Assembly: GCF_006345805.1 (NCBI RefSeq)
Contig: NC_042998.1
Coordinates: 120,590,001 to 120,654,000, forward strand
Reading direction: 5' to 3'
Length of the DNA stretch: 64,000 nt
From: Octopus sinensis
Lineage: Eukaryota
A model generated the notes under the pieces. The model was not told the origin of the DNA and did not search any database. It saw only the letters and a list, made by a program, of their open reading frames with translations. Position numbers and translations under genes: made by a program. Shown in pieces: positions 50,770 to 62,410 of this stretch (within the stretch, counting starts at the first letter, position 1; every line of letters begins with the position of its first letter).

Positions 50770-53490
50770 AGAGATTCTCACCAAACAGCAGGCTGCATGG
50801 TTGCTCTTAGATATAAAGACCCTCCCTGGTGAAGAACGTACCCTCCAGCATAGACTAGTCATTAGTGTCTTGAGACTCCAGGCCAGAAGGATGCCAAGAA
50901 GCAGACCAATCTGGAAAAGAAGGATTTGGAAGCTTAAGGGCCCTTCATATGGTCAGAGACTTAGGGACATCCTAATTGTGAAATTTGATGGGAGGGAGGA
51001 AGAGTTACAAACTTGGGACATAGAGGGCAACTGAAAATTCCTGTGATTGGTGCAAAGTCACTTCCAGATCTAGGGTAACATGGTATACAGTACTGTATAC
51101 AGGGCCATTAGACCAAAGAAACAGAAGAGTGAGGGAAGCAGGGAGCTGTATCAGATAGCCAGAAAGGAAGCTAGGAAACAGGTATATTTTGCCAAAGGAG
51201 ATGTAGAAAAGAAGTTTGCCTATGTTCAGTATCATGAGGGCCAAAGAACTGAAGTATGTGAGAGAAAATTGTGATGTCATAGGAAAGAAATGTGTTTACA
51301 TGGATGATGGTGCACTTGCTTTTAATGATTCTGCAAAGAAAGAGGCTTGGAGATGCCATTATGAAAGACTGCAGAATGTGGAGAATGAATGGGAATAGGA
51401 GTCTGCTAAATGTTGACCCAATTGAGGGACCAGCTACCCGAATCAACAGTACCCTGGTAGATAAAGTAATTCAGGATATGAAGACAGGGAAAATTCCCAA
51501 CCCATCAGGAATCACCGCTGAGATGCTTAAAATATCTGGCAGTGTGGGATATGGTCTAGTTACCTGTATTATAAATCAGGTTCATGAAGGTGTCATACCC
51601 AATGACTGGTGTAGCAGCACCATAGTCAACTGCTACAAAGGTAAAGGTGATGCCTTAGATAGAAATAATTACAGAGGTATCAAATTATTGGATCAGTTGA
51701 TGAAAATTACAGAGAGAGTCATAACCCAACTAATTAGGGAGAGAGTTAGTCTAGATGAGATGCAGTTTGGTTTTGTGCCAGGTAGAAGCACCACTGATGC
51801 TATATTTCTGGTAAGGCAATCGCAGGAGAAATACCTAGCCAAAGATAAACCTCTATACTTGGCTTTTGTTGACTTGGAGAAAGCCTTTGACAGGGTCCCC
51901 TGATCCTTTATCTGGTGGTCAATGTGGAAACTAGGGATAGACGAGTGGTTGGTGAGAGCTGTACAAGCCTTATACAGGGGCACTACCAGTAAGGTGAGGG
52001 TAAGCAACAAGTACAGCATAGAATTCAGGGTACAAATAGGGGTTCATCAAGGATTTGTCTTCTGCCCACTTTTATTCATCATAGTCCCCCAGGCAATAAC
52101 AGAGGAATTTAAGATAGGCTGCTTGTAGGAGCTCCTCTAGGCTGATGACCTTGCTCTGATAGCCGAATTACTACCTGAAGTAGAGAAATTCCAGGTATGG
52201 AAGTAAGGTCTGGAATCAAAAGGCCTTAGAGTTAATCTAGCAAAAATCAAAGTCTTAGTAAGTAGGAAGGCAGACAAATCACAAATCCCTTCAGATAGAT
52301 GGCCCTGCTCAGTCTGTTGAAAAGGTGTAGGTAGAAATTCCATAAGATGCACCCAGTATAAGCTTTGGACATATAAAAGGTGCAGCAACATCAGCGGAAG
52401 GTTAACAGGGAAACTAACTTTTGTATGTGAAAGGTGGACAGGTACAATAAATGCTGAAAATGTGCAGAAAATAGACTCCATCAACTGTCAGGGGGCAAGC
52501 TAGAGGTAGTAAATAGCTACTGTTATCTAGGTGACCAAGTTAGTAGTGGGGGTGGATGCTCCAAGAGCATAGCTGTGAGAATAAGATTACGTTGGGCAAA
52601 GTTCAGAGAGCTCCTACCTTGACTGATAACATAGGGCTTCTCTCTCAGAGTGAAAGGCAAATTGTTTGATGCCTGTATGTGAACAGCTATGCTGCATGAG
52701 TGAAACATGGGCTATGACAGCCAAGGACATGCGTAGGCTTGAAAGAAATGAAGCTAGTATGCTTCACTGGATGTGCAATGTCAGTGTGCATGTTCAACAG
52801 AGTGTAAGCATCTTGAGAGAAAAGTTAGGCATAAGAGGAATCAAATGTGGCGTGCAAGAGAGACAACTGTGTGTGTATGGACAAGGACAGCTGTGTAAAG
52901 AAATGCCGATCTCTAATTGTGGAGGGAACCTGTGGTAGAAGTAGACCCAGAAAGACATGTGATGAGGTGGTGAACATGAGTGTCAAACTTTGAACCTCGC
53001 AGAGGCAATGACTGGTGACCGAGGCCTTTGGCAATGTGCTGTGCTTGAGAGGACCCATCAACCCGAGTGCACCCATGCTAGTGGCACATAAAGTACATCT
53101 TTTGAACATTAGGCCTCACAGAGGTGAAGTAACTGTATTCCTTTCGTGTATTGGGTCTTGTGGAAGCAATGACCAAGACCTTTGGCATTATATCATGCTT
53201 GAGAAGAAGATCCATCAAGCCAAGCAAAATTGCAGTCGTGGCAGATACTGGTGTCACACTAATTGGCATGTAAACATACCCCGGTTTCATGCAAATGGCA
53301 CCCGTGCCGATGGCATGTAAAAGCACCCATTTCACTCTCAGAGTGGTTGGTGTTAGGAAGGGCATCCAGTCATAGAAAATCATGCCAAATCAGACTGGAG
53401 TCTAGTGCAGCCTTCCAGTGTGCCAGCTCAGTCAAACCATCCAACCTATGCCAGCAGGGACAATGGACGTTAAATGATGATGATGAAGAT
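50770..53490 (+). mobile_element. Degenerate RTE-clade LINE (endonuclease end, RT, 3'UTR, (ATG)n tail)
   Basis: DIKTLPGEE..QHRLV, NYRGIKLLDQ, EMQFGFVPGRSTTDAIF, FVDLEKAFDRVP, GVHQG, decayed YADD; multiple stops and frameshifts. Confidence 0.9.
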
Positions 53491-53539
53491 AGGATTGCCC
53501 ATGATTATTATTGTTGGTTTATATTTGTGAGATTAATAT

Positions 53540-53810
53540 AGGGATGTTCAGCTGTTGGTCAGTGTGTTTGGGGAGACAATTCCAGTTGATGGCAGTTATA
53601 GGGAAGAAAGACTGATGAATGTATCTAGCTATTGTGCTGAGCATACCATGGTGGAAGTGGTATACAACTAAAACACTGGCCAGGTAACAAATGGAAACAT
53701 TAATTATAGCTATCTCCACCACCTTTAAAAGGAAGGCACTAATAGTGACAGGCTGGTAATTGGTAAGGTCAAAGAGGTTGTCTTTTGTGGAAATGGGACC
53801 CACTATTGCA
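53540..53810 (-). mobile_element. Internally deleted CR1/L2-like LINE remnant
   Basis: ORF joins DLTNYQPVTI..LLKVVE (RT start-like) directly to HQSFFPITAINWNCLP (LINE C-terminus-like). Confidence 0.5.
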
Positions 53811-54422
53811 TATTTCCATAAATTAGGATAGAACTATGTAGAAACAGTTTTGTGGGGATATTGTACAGCTCTGGAATACACAATCTGACAGTGATGAAAA
53901 TAGCACACTCACATCACCAGAACTGTCTTATTGGGTTGGAATGATTAATGAATTTTTCATGCTTAGGACAATGTGTTTGTAGCAGCCAAACTGATGGAAT
54001 TAAACAGAGAGAGTTTGAGTGGGATTTTGTTATGTCAGTGTGTGCAGCATGCATTTGGAAGTGAAATAGGTAGCCAATGTTGTTTACAAATGTGTTACTT
54101 ACATAGCCAGTAACTTGGCTGTCATGTTCTAGAACAGATTGAGTCAACTCAACAGTACTTTTCTATAAAAATGTATGGTTTGTTGGTTTAAGATATCCTT
54201 AATATTATATTATTGTTCATATTGGATGCTATTATAATATATAATATAAAATATTATGATTTTATAATATAAAATATTACGTATAAATATTAGGATATAA
54301 ATATGATATATACTTTTATGTATTAAATATTTTAATGTATATATGTAATGATATAGATTTTAATATGATATAATTCTGATGTAAACACAATATATATATA
54401 ATTCTTTATGATATAAAAATAT

Positions 54423-54453
<31 letters not shown>

Positions 54454-55105
54454 TGTGATATAAATATTATATAAATTTTTTTAATGGTAGAACACAAAGT
54501 AGATAAAGCTATAAATAATAGCATGTAAATATTGAGTTAAAAAAGCCCTTTGATGGAAAAAGTCAAAGGTTTCTCATGATGTTCTGATATGAATGAGATT
54601 ACATGAATACTGAGATAAATTCATGATATAAATATTCTGATATAAAATATTATGATACAAACATTTCTAGTATAAATTATTATGATAAATATTTATAGTA
54701 CAAAACATTTTACTAGTGTTATCATAAAAATAACAGCAGTATTATCGCCATGATGTCGTTGTTGGCATTGACTCATATCCAAGTAGCAGATTTGTAGCCA
54801 TTGATTGAGCCTTTTCATCTTGATGAGGGTAAAGGGTGCCAGTGCCTGAGATGGCTGTTTAGGCCAAGGGTAGCATAGAAGAGCTGGGGGCATTTATCGT
54901 CAAGAAATAGAGATCAGGTGTAAAAGATTATCTGGAGTAACTTGCACTTTCTCATCACCCATCAACTCTCCTCTGTTGATAAATGCCCCCAGCTTTTCTG
55001 TGGTATAAAGCATGACTGTTAAATATACAAGAACTTATTTTCCTTTGTTGCATACCAAAACACTGCAAATTCAGAATGGTAATATAACTACTCTCTTTGT
55101 TTTAG

Positions 55106-55324
55106 ATGAGTAGTTCTGATTTTATTTATGAAGTTGCACCAACCATTCAGCAGGCTCTCGCCGATATAACAGTAAACGCAGGAGAAGAGGCTGTGTTAAC
55201 TTGTCGTATCTGTGGTCGCCCCAGACCAACTATCACTTGGAAGTCTCCAGATTCCAATACTGTGATACCAAGTGCAAGAACTTCAATTAGTTACTGTGAT
55301 GAGAATGGTGAGGCACGGTTGCAA
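55106..55324 (+). CDS. Trio: Trio/Kalirin exon: Ig domain N-half (phase 0 to 0)
   Basis: TTTTAG acceptor, GTAAGT donor; FIYEVAPTIQQALADITVNAGEEAVLTCRICGRPRPTITWKSPD (cf. Trio YIYDVPPEF...LRCRVCGRPKASITWKGPE). Confidence 0.95.
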
Positions 55325-55800
55325 GTAAGTATCACTGGCTGTTATAATCATCATTGCATCGTCTTCATTGTCTTTATCATTAGCATCATCATCTTCTCTG
55401 TTATCATTATCAGCACCACCCTGATTCTTATTGTCATTTATATCATGTTCATCATCATCCTCATTGTGGTCATTATCATCATCTTTACCGTTATCATTGT
55501 CATCATCATCATCACCATCATTGTCATCATCATCATAGTCATCACTACCATCATAGACATCATCACCATCATAGACATCATCACCATCGTTGTCATCATT
55601 ACCATTATAGCCATCATTATCATTGATTGTTATCACCACCATTGTTATCATTACTATCACTATCATCATTGTCACTACCACTGTGGTTTTTCATTATTTT
55701 CATCCACAGTCTTCACCTCCAGTCCTATGTGTATCTCCTGTCTCTACCATTACTGTCACCTCCGCTATGGCTGCCACAACCAGTATAGCTATTATTCGAC
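55325..55800. repeat. Cryptic (ATC)n-derived trinucleotide tract filling the Ig intron
   Basis: atc/gtc/acc triplet low-complexity sequence. Confidence 0.85.
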
Positions 55801-55869
55801 TAGTACATGAGAACCCCAACTCTTCCTAGAATTTATTTCATTGGTTTTGTCTTGTCTCCTCCTTTATAG

Positions 55870-55966
55870 ATATCCGATGTGACCATGTTAGATGATGGAG
55901 AATACTTATGTATTGGCAGCAGTGATCTGGGCACAGTGATGAGTAGAGCTTCAATTACAGTCATTG
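55870..55966 (+). CDS. Trio: Trio/Kalirin exon: Ig domain C-half (phase 0 to 1)
   Basis: TATAG acceptor, GTTTGT donor; ISDVTMLDDGEYLCIGSSDLGTVMSRASITVI has the Ig I-set D.G.Y.C motif. Confidence 0.93.
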
Positions 55967-58095
55967 GTTTGTATAAATTATATATACACATATATGTCTG
56001 CACATGCAATTACACACACACACACACATGCATACATACACACACATATGCATGCATACATTTATGTCTATCATCATAAACAGACACAGTCCTTCATTAT
56101 TTGCACATACACACACACACATACATCATACATACATTCATTCATGCACACACACACACACACTCATTTGCTCCTGTTTATCATTTTGCTATTTTTTACT
56201 CTGGAATATCCATTTTTTTTTATATATTTAATACTTTCAAATATTTTTTTATATTATTTCTTTTTTTTATCACTATGTTTATGACTTGAAAAAGTCTAAA
56301 AGTATCAGTTTTTAAATGTGAGGTGTTGGACAACTGACCACATAGTCAAAAGTTCTGATCTTACTAATTCATGTCAATGTACTGCAGCCCCCTGAACAAG
56401 ACCCCCCACCTACTTCACAATGTGGTAAAAATGACATCCAAAAATAAAACCCTTACAGAGTTTGAGCATAATCCACATTGGTGTACTACTTACATACATG
56501 GGTTGACACAGCTACTACTTATACAAACATTTCAGGTCACAGAAAATATAGGCTATTCAAGTGATTGACAGTGGCTCACTTACACAATTACACCCACTTG
56601 CTTACAGATATGATGTTTCTGCTCACTCTCTAGCCTACCTCTACTACAATGACCTTTTTTCCTCTGACCTTGCTAGCCTCATTCTTATCCCACTCAGCAT
56701 ACTCCTCTCTTGTCGGCCTTATTGTGCCTCATAGCTCACATATTGCACTAAACACTACAAACATGGCAGTATAAGCCATATAATCCATGGTGGGATTTGA
56801 ACTCAGAATACAAAGAGTTAAAACAAATTTTGCGAGTCATTTGGTCTGATATTCTTACAGGAGATGTACAACCCAATCAGTATCTCTGCTATCATATGTA
56901 CATTTATATTATAATATGTTTGTGTACATTTAAACATTGAATTATCTTCACTGTGGTAACTGCCTCAAAGAAGAAATTCTCTTAATAAACTATGTGTGTG
57001 AAACACTGAGCAGAGCTACAAATGATATCATTGAACTGTAAGACAGGTGTTTCTGTGTATCTATGCTTCATCAATTAGACACCAAATCAGTTGTTAGCAG
57101 CCCACTAAAAACAGATGTTCTTAAATGTAAACAGCAAAAAATACATATACTGGCATGGACTAAGCTTTGTTAAGCTGCAATTAATTAGTTAAAAGCACAC
57201 TAACCAGCAATGATTAAAATAAAACTGTGTACATTTATATTTAACACATGGAAAGACCTTCACTTTGGTATCTATATTAGAGGAGAAGTTCTTATAGACA
57301 ATGTAAGAAAGTACTTCTTGCTGGGATACAGATTACATCATTGGACTGTAAGGCACATGTTTCTACAAGTATAGTTCATCAGTTTCAAACACCAAATCAG
57401 TCATTCCCAGTTCTCTCAGAACTGCCTTTCTTATATGTAAATAGCAAAAAATACATGTACTGATGTGCGCTAAGCTTTGTCAGTCTAGACTATATGTATA
57501 TGTGTGTGTGCAATGTGTGCATGTATATACATGTATGTGTCTCTGTATTTATTTATTTATTTGAAACATCAGGTATAAAAAAACTATTGTCATATCAGAA
57601 ACTGTAACTTAGTGATTTAGCAAACAAATATCAATAAAGTGAGTATCAGATTGAAATAACTGTTGTGGTTTTGAGATTGACTAAAACCAGTAAAAGAAAT
57701 TGATTGTGCACGTGTGTGCATGCATGGATATATGTTTATATAAATGTATAAAAATAAGCACATCAGCTGGAGTATTTCAGTATTCTTTGGAAAGATAAGT
57801 TTTTGAGCATATAAACTGTATCTCACATGTGCAAACCTAGTGAAAAGTTTTTTAAATAGTTTAAAATATATAGTTGAAACAAGGATGAAGTAAAATTGGC
57901 AACCATTATCGTGTAGTTAATTTGATTGTGACAAATACAGTAGAATAACAAATTTATATATTAATGTATGCAGGAGACAATTGAACTGATGTTAACGAGG
58001 AATGATTATAAGTGCTAGTCTTGATGTAAGTTAATTAACTGAGTACTCTTATTGTTTCTACAGAATTTACTTAATTGTCATTCATGGTTTTTCAG

Positions 58096-58227
58096 ATCGA
58101 CCAGCAGCTCCTGGCAAGCCTGTCATTCGCAATCAAGTAGGAACAGTGGTACATTTAGAGTGGACACCTCCTTTACAGTCAAAATCTGGACAGGTTCAAG
58201 GCTACACCGTTGAATACAGATTTTGTG
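58096..58227 (+). CDS. Trio: Trio/Kalirin exon: FN3 N-half (phase 1 to 1)
   Basis: TTTCAG acceptor, GTATGA donor; DRPAAPGKPVIRNQVGTVVHLEWTPPLQSKSGQVQGYTVEYRFC has FN3 hallmarks (P..P, L.W.PP, GY.VEY); not in the ORF track. Confidence 0.9.
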
Positions 58228-58262
58228 GTATGAAATATTTCTCAATATTTTTACTTGAGAGT

Positions 58263-58491
58263 TTAACACTTTAGCATTTAGATTACTTTGTCAAAGGAAA
58301 TAGTTATTTATTCGCATTTTTATAAAATCAATCCTGTATTATCTCATAGCTTTGAGATTTCAAAGATGTGATTGTTTATTATTAAAATGACATTGCAGGG
58401 TAGGTGTGAGAGGCTGGATCCAGCCAATTTGAACATAACACAGGTAGAATATTTGGGCCAGATATGACCTGTTTAAATGTTAAAGGGTTAA
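58263..58491 (-). mobile_element. piggyBac-like MITE
   Basis: TTAA at both ends, TIR ttaacactttagcattt / aaatgttaaagggttaa; reverse of 45260-45485. Confidence 0.75.
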
Positions 58492-59013
58492 AGCAATTGA
58501 AATATTTGCTAGATATAATCTTTTTTTTTCTACTTTTGTAATTTTCCTCTGAATGTGACAAAATATTTATTCTGACATTCAATGAATAAGTTTTGTTACA
58601 ATTTCACCATAGGTAGCAATCCAAGGGTGTTTTAACACTGTCACCCAACCTACCGAAAATAGCTTAGTCTTCCTAAATTACTGTCTTAGGAAAAAAACAA
58701 AAACATATAAGTGCAGGCATGGCTTAATGCTTACGATTTTTGCTTTGCAGCTAATTGTTTTCAGTTTCAGGTGCCATTGCACTACATTAAAGACACATTG
58801 GGCAACTGTTTTCTACAGAAGCCTTGGATTTACAATGTTTATTGAGCAGTAGTGAAGGACAAACACAGACATTCTCTCTCACACACACACACACACATAT
58901 GTAATGGGCTTTTGTCAGTTTTCATCAACCAGATCCATTCACCAGGCCTTGGTCAACCTGAGGCTATAGTAGAACACACTTACCCAAGGTGTCACACAAT
59001 ATGTATGTATATG

Positions 59014-59050
<37 letters not shown>

Positions 59051-59164
59051 ATATATGTGTGTATGTATGTATATATATATGTGTGTGTGTGTATGTATGT
59101 GTGTATATATATATATATGTGTGTGTGTATGTATGTATATATATGTGTGTGTGTATATATATAG

Positions 59165-59400
59165 TGAGAATTTACAAAAAAACACAAAGACGGGTGTGTA
59201 AACAACAAACAGATATATTAGTTTAACGCTCAGGAAGTGAGAAAGTCTTTTATGTTTCAAGCCTGCACTCTTCAACAGAAAGGTGCACAGAAATAAACAG
59301 GGAGAGAAAATAGAAAAGGTTTAGCAATCTATCATGGCGAATGCCAGACAAAGGGGTTAGGAAGAAGGAGAGATAATAAAGTAGTGGTGATCCCAAAACG
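59165..59400 (-). mobile_element. Penelope-pLTR-like fragment with decayed hammerhead core
   Basis: Minus strand 59282-59247: CTTT-CTGTTGA-A-GAGT-GCAG-GCTT-GAAAC-AT-A-AAAG; terminal sequence also at 32545-32600. Confidence 0.5.
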
Positions 59401-59699
59401 AAGGTGCGTGTGTATGTGAGAGTGTTATGTGTGTGTGAAAGGGGGCTGGGGACCTTGATGTGTGTGCATTTGTAGGTGTGTGGATGATGGTGTAGGTCCT
59501 GAGAAGTGGTAAGTGCTAGTGTGTGTGGGGCAGTGTGATGTGTTGGGGTGTGGGGTGTATGTGTGTGTGTATATATATATATATTTCATTCATTTATCTA
59601 ATTTTGTCACAGTTTGGCTGACCAAAAACTTTTGGTTATAGATCTAGTTAAGAATTCAAATGCCCAATTCATCTCGTTATTATTATCAATATTCTCTCA

Positions 59700-60880
59700 C
59701 ACTGGCAGGGAAGTGTATGAGACTTCATTGGTAGCAGGGAAGTGTATCAGACTGCCAAAAGGGAAGCTAGGAGACAGGTTTATTTAGCCAGATGAGAAGC
59801 AGATAAGAAAAATTTTCCAATGTTCTGCATTGTGAGGACCAAAGACTTCAGGTGTTTCATGTTGCAAGGCAGTGTGTGAGAGAGAATCGTGATGTTGTGG
59901 GAGAGAAATGTGTCCATATAGATGATGGCTCACTTGCATTTAATGAGGCTGCAAAGAGAGAGACTTGGAGACACCATTTTGAAAGGTTGCTAAATGAAGA
60001 GAGTGAATGGGAGAAAGAGAGTCTGCCGAATGTTGACCCAACAGAGGAACCAGCTATCCAAATTGACACTACCTTGGTAGATAAAGCAATTAAGAATATG
60101 AAGACAGAGAAAGCCCCCGGCCCATCAGGAATCACTGCAGAGATGCTCAAAAATAGTCTAGTCACCCATATAGTTAATCAGGTGATACATGAAGAAGTCA
60201 TACCCAATGACTGGTGTAGCAGCACCATAGTCAACTGCTACAAAGGTAAAAGTAATGCATTAAATATGAATAATTACAGAGGTATCAAGTTATTGGATCA
60301 GGTAATGAAAGTCACAGAGAGGGTCATAGCCCAACTAATTAGGGAGAGAGTCAGTCTAGATGAGATGCAGTTTGGGTTTATGCCGGGGAAAAGCACCACT
60401 GATGCTATATTTCTGGTAAGACAGCTGCAGGAGAAATACCTAGCCAAAGATAAACCTCTGTACCTGGCTTTCGTTGACATGGAGAAGCCTTTGACAGAGT
60501 CCCCCAATCCCTTATCTAGTGGTCAATGCACTGAGAGCTGTACAAGCTATGTACAGGGATGCTATCAGTAAGCTGAGGGTTGGCAACGAGTGCAGTGAAG
60601 AATTCCAAGTAGGAGTAGGAGTCCACCAAGGATCAGTCCTCAGCCACCTCTTATTCATCATAGTCCTCAAGGCAATAACAGAAGAATTTAAAACAGGATG
60701 CCCCTGGGAGCTTCTCTATGCTGATGACCTTGCTCTAATAGCTGAGTCACTATCAGAACTAGAGGAGAAGTTTCAGGTGTGGAAACAAGGTCTTGAATCT
60801 AGCAAAAACCAAAGTCTTAATAAGTAGGAAGGCAGACAAACCACAAATCGCTTCAGGTAGATGGCCCTGCTCAATCTGCC
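59700..60880 (+). mobile_element. Second RTE LINE fragment (RT), truncated at both ends
   Basis: ORF 59852-60571 and 60519-60827 (GVHQGSVLS.LLF, LLYADDL); similar to 51-52 kb copy. Confidence 0.9.
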
Positions 60881-61490
60881 GAGGCCAACTTTGCCTTTCA
60901 TCCTTTCAGGATTAATGAAATAAGTACCAGTTGAGTACTGGGGATGCAATTGACTTACCCCCTTCCCAAACTTGCTGGCCTTGTGCCAAAATTTGAAATT
61001 ATTATTATTGTTATTTAAGGCAGTGAGCTGGCAGAATCATGAGAGTGCCGGGCAGAATGCTTAGCGGTATTTCGTCTGTCTTTACGTTCTGAATTCAAAT
61101 TCCGTTGAGGTCGCCTTTGCCTTTCATCCTTTCAGGGTCAATAAATTAAGTACCAGTTTCATACTGAGGTTGATCTAATTGACTGGCCCCTCCCATCAAA
61201 TTTCAGGCTTTGCGCCTATAGTAGAAAGGATTATTATTATTATTATTATCATTATTAAAAATAATAATAATAATAATTAAGGCAGCAATCTGGCAGAATC
61301 ATTAGTGCACCAGAAGAAATACTTAGTGATGTTTTGCCTGTCACTACATTCTGAGTTCAAATTTCGCCATGGTCAACTTTACCTTTTGTCCTTTGGTAGT
61401 AGATAAAATATATACCAGTTGAACACTGGGGTCAATGTAATCAACTCATCTTCTCCCCCTAAATTGTTATCCTTGTGGCAAAATTTGAAA
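60880..61490 (+). mobile_element. Three tandem SINE copies separated by (ATT)n tails
   Basis: Repeated ctttgcctttcatcctttc...taagtaccag...gccttgtgcc; best copy 61017-61235 with gctggcagaatc and gaattcaaattcc boxes. Confidence 0.8.
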
Positions 61491-61533
61491 CTATTATTAT
61501 TATATTTTTGTTTCTTTTTCATCTGTTTCCTAG

Positions 61534-61716
61534 GTAACTCAGACAATAATTCTGCTGAATGGCAAACTGCAATCCCACATGTACAGACCACATCACAAGT
61601 AGTGGAGGACCTTGTCCCAGGTTCAACGTATCAGTTCCAGATTAAAGCTACTAATGCTGTTGGAGTGAGTGAGCCAGGTTTAGCCTCTCAACCAGTTGTA
61701 ATACCAACAGAATCAG
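61534..61716 (+). CDS. Trio: Trio/Kalirin exon: FN3 C-half (phase 1 to 1)
   Basis: CCTAG acceptor, GTATAC donor; WQTAIPHVQTTSQVVEDLVPGSTYQFQIKATNAVGVSEP has the FN3 L.PG..Y.F...A.N..G.S motif. Confidence 0.93.
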
Positions 61717-62009
61717 GTATACATTATTTGACTGCTTTTTTTCTCATTCTGTCTGCTCAAATATTGTCTGACTCAAAAGATAACCTGTACCCTTGTCAAT
61801 ATGGCAGTGTAAACCTTTCCTACAAGCAGTGTAACCCTTTCACTAGAACAGCATGGCATTGTGATGTGGTATTGTAATATTGTCTTTTGAAGTCTATAAC
61901 ACTTTGTCAGTGTGACTGTAACATTGACACTAGAAAAGTGTAACATTGTTACTATGACAGTACACTATTATCACTATGGCAGTGTCACATTGCCACTGTG
62001 GAAGTTCAG

Positions 62010-62410
62010 CTGGCCATCACTCAAATCGAATGGCTTTGTCATGTTTTTGCTGACTGTTTAAGGTACCTGTGTAATTGTGAGCAGATATAAACAACCTCTT
62101 ATCCTTGTCATCTGTTTCTTGGCAACTCAGGCAGTAATTCTGCTGAATAGCAAACTACAATCCCACATGTACAGACCACATCACAAGTAATAGAGGACCT
62201 TGTCCCAGGTTCAACATATCAGTTCTAGGGTGGGAAGGGAAAGGGCTACATCAACACTTGGCTAGTATTCATTGCAGCTGAGCAAACTAGAGTAGTGTGG
62301 TGAAATGAAGTGTTTGCTCAAGGCCACAACATGCAGCCCTGTTCAAGAACTGAACTTATGACTTGATGATCATGAATCAAAGCTCCAATTACTAGGCTGT
62401 GTGCCTTCAC
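62010..62410 (-). mobile_element. SINE (family of 38450-38770) carrying a captured host exon fragment
   Basis: Flanks align with the 38.5-38.8 kb copy; the internal ~47 bp of that copy is replaced here by ~120 bp of Trio FN3 sequence. Confidence 0.7.
62108..62228 (+). pseudogene. Decayed partial duplicate of the FN3 exon (copy of 61519-61640)
   Basis: 10 transitions and a 1 nt deletion over 122 nt; acceptor AG lost (cctagg to cttgg), TGG to TAG and CAG to TAG stops, no donor. Confidence 0.93.

Noticed and set aside
55106-55810. 234 aa ORF reading from the Ig exon into an Ile/Val-rich, transmembrane-looking tail
   Set aside because: A strong GTAAGT donor at 55325 splices in frame to the Ig C-half; (ATC)n-type repeats lack stops by construction, so the open frame needs no functional explanation
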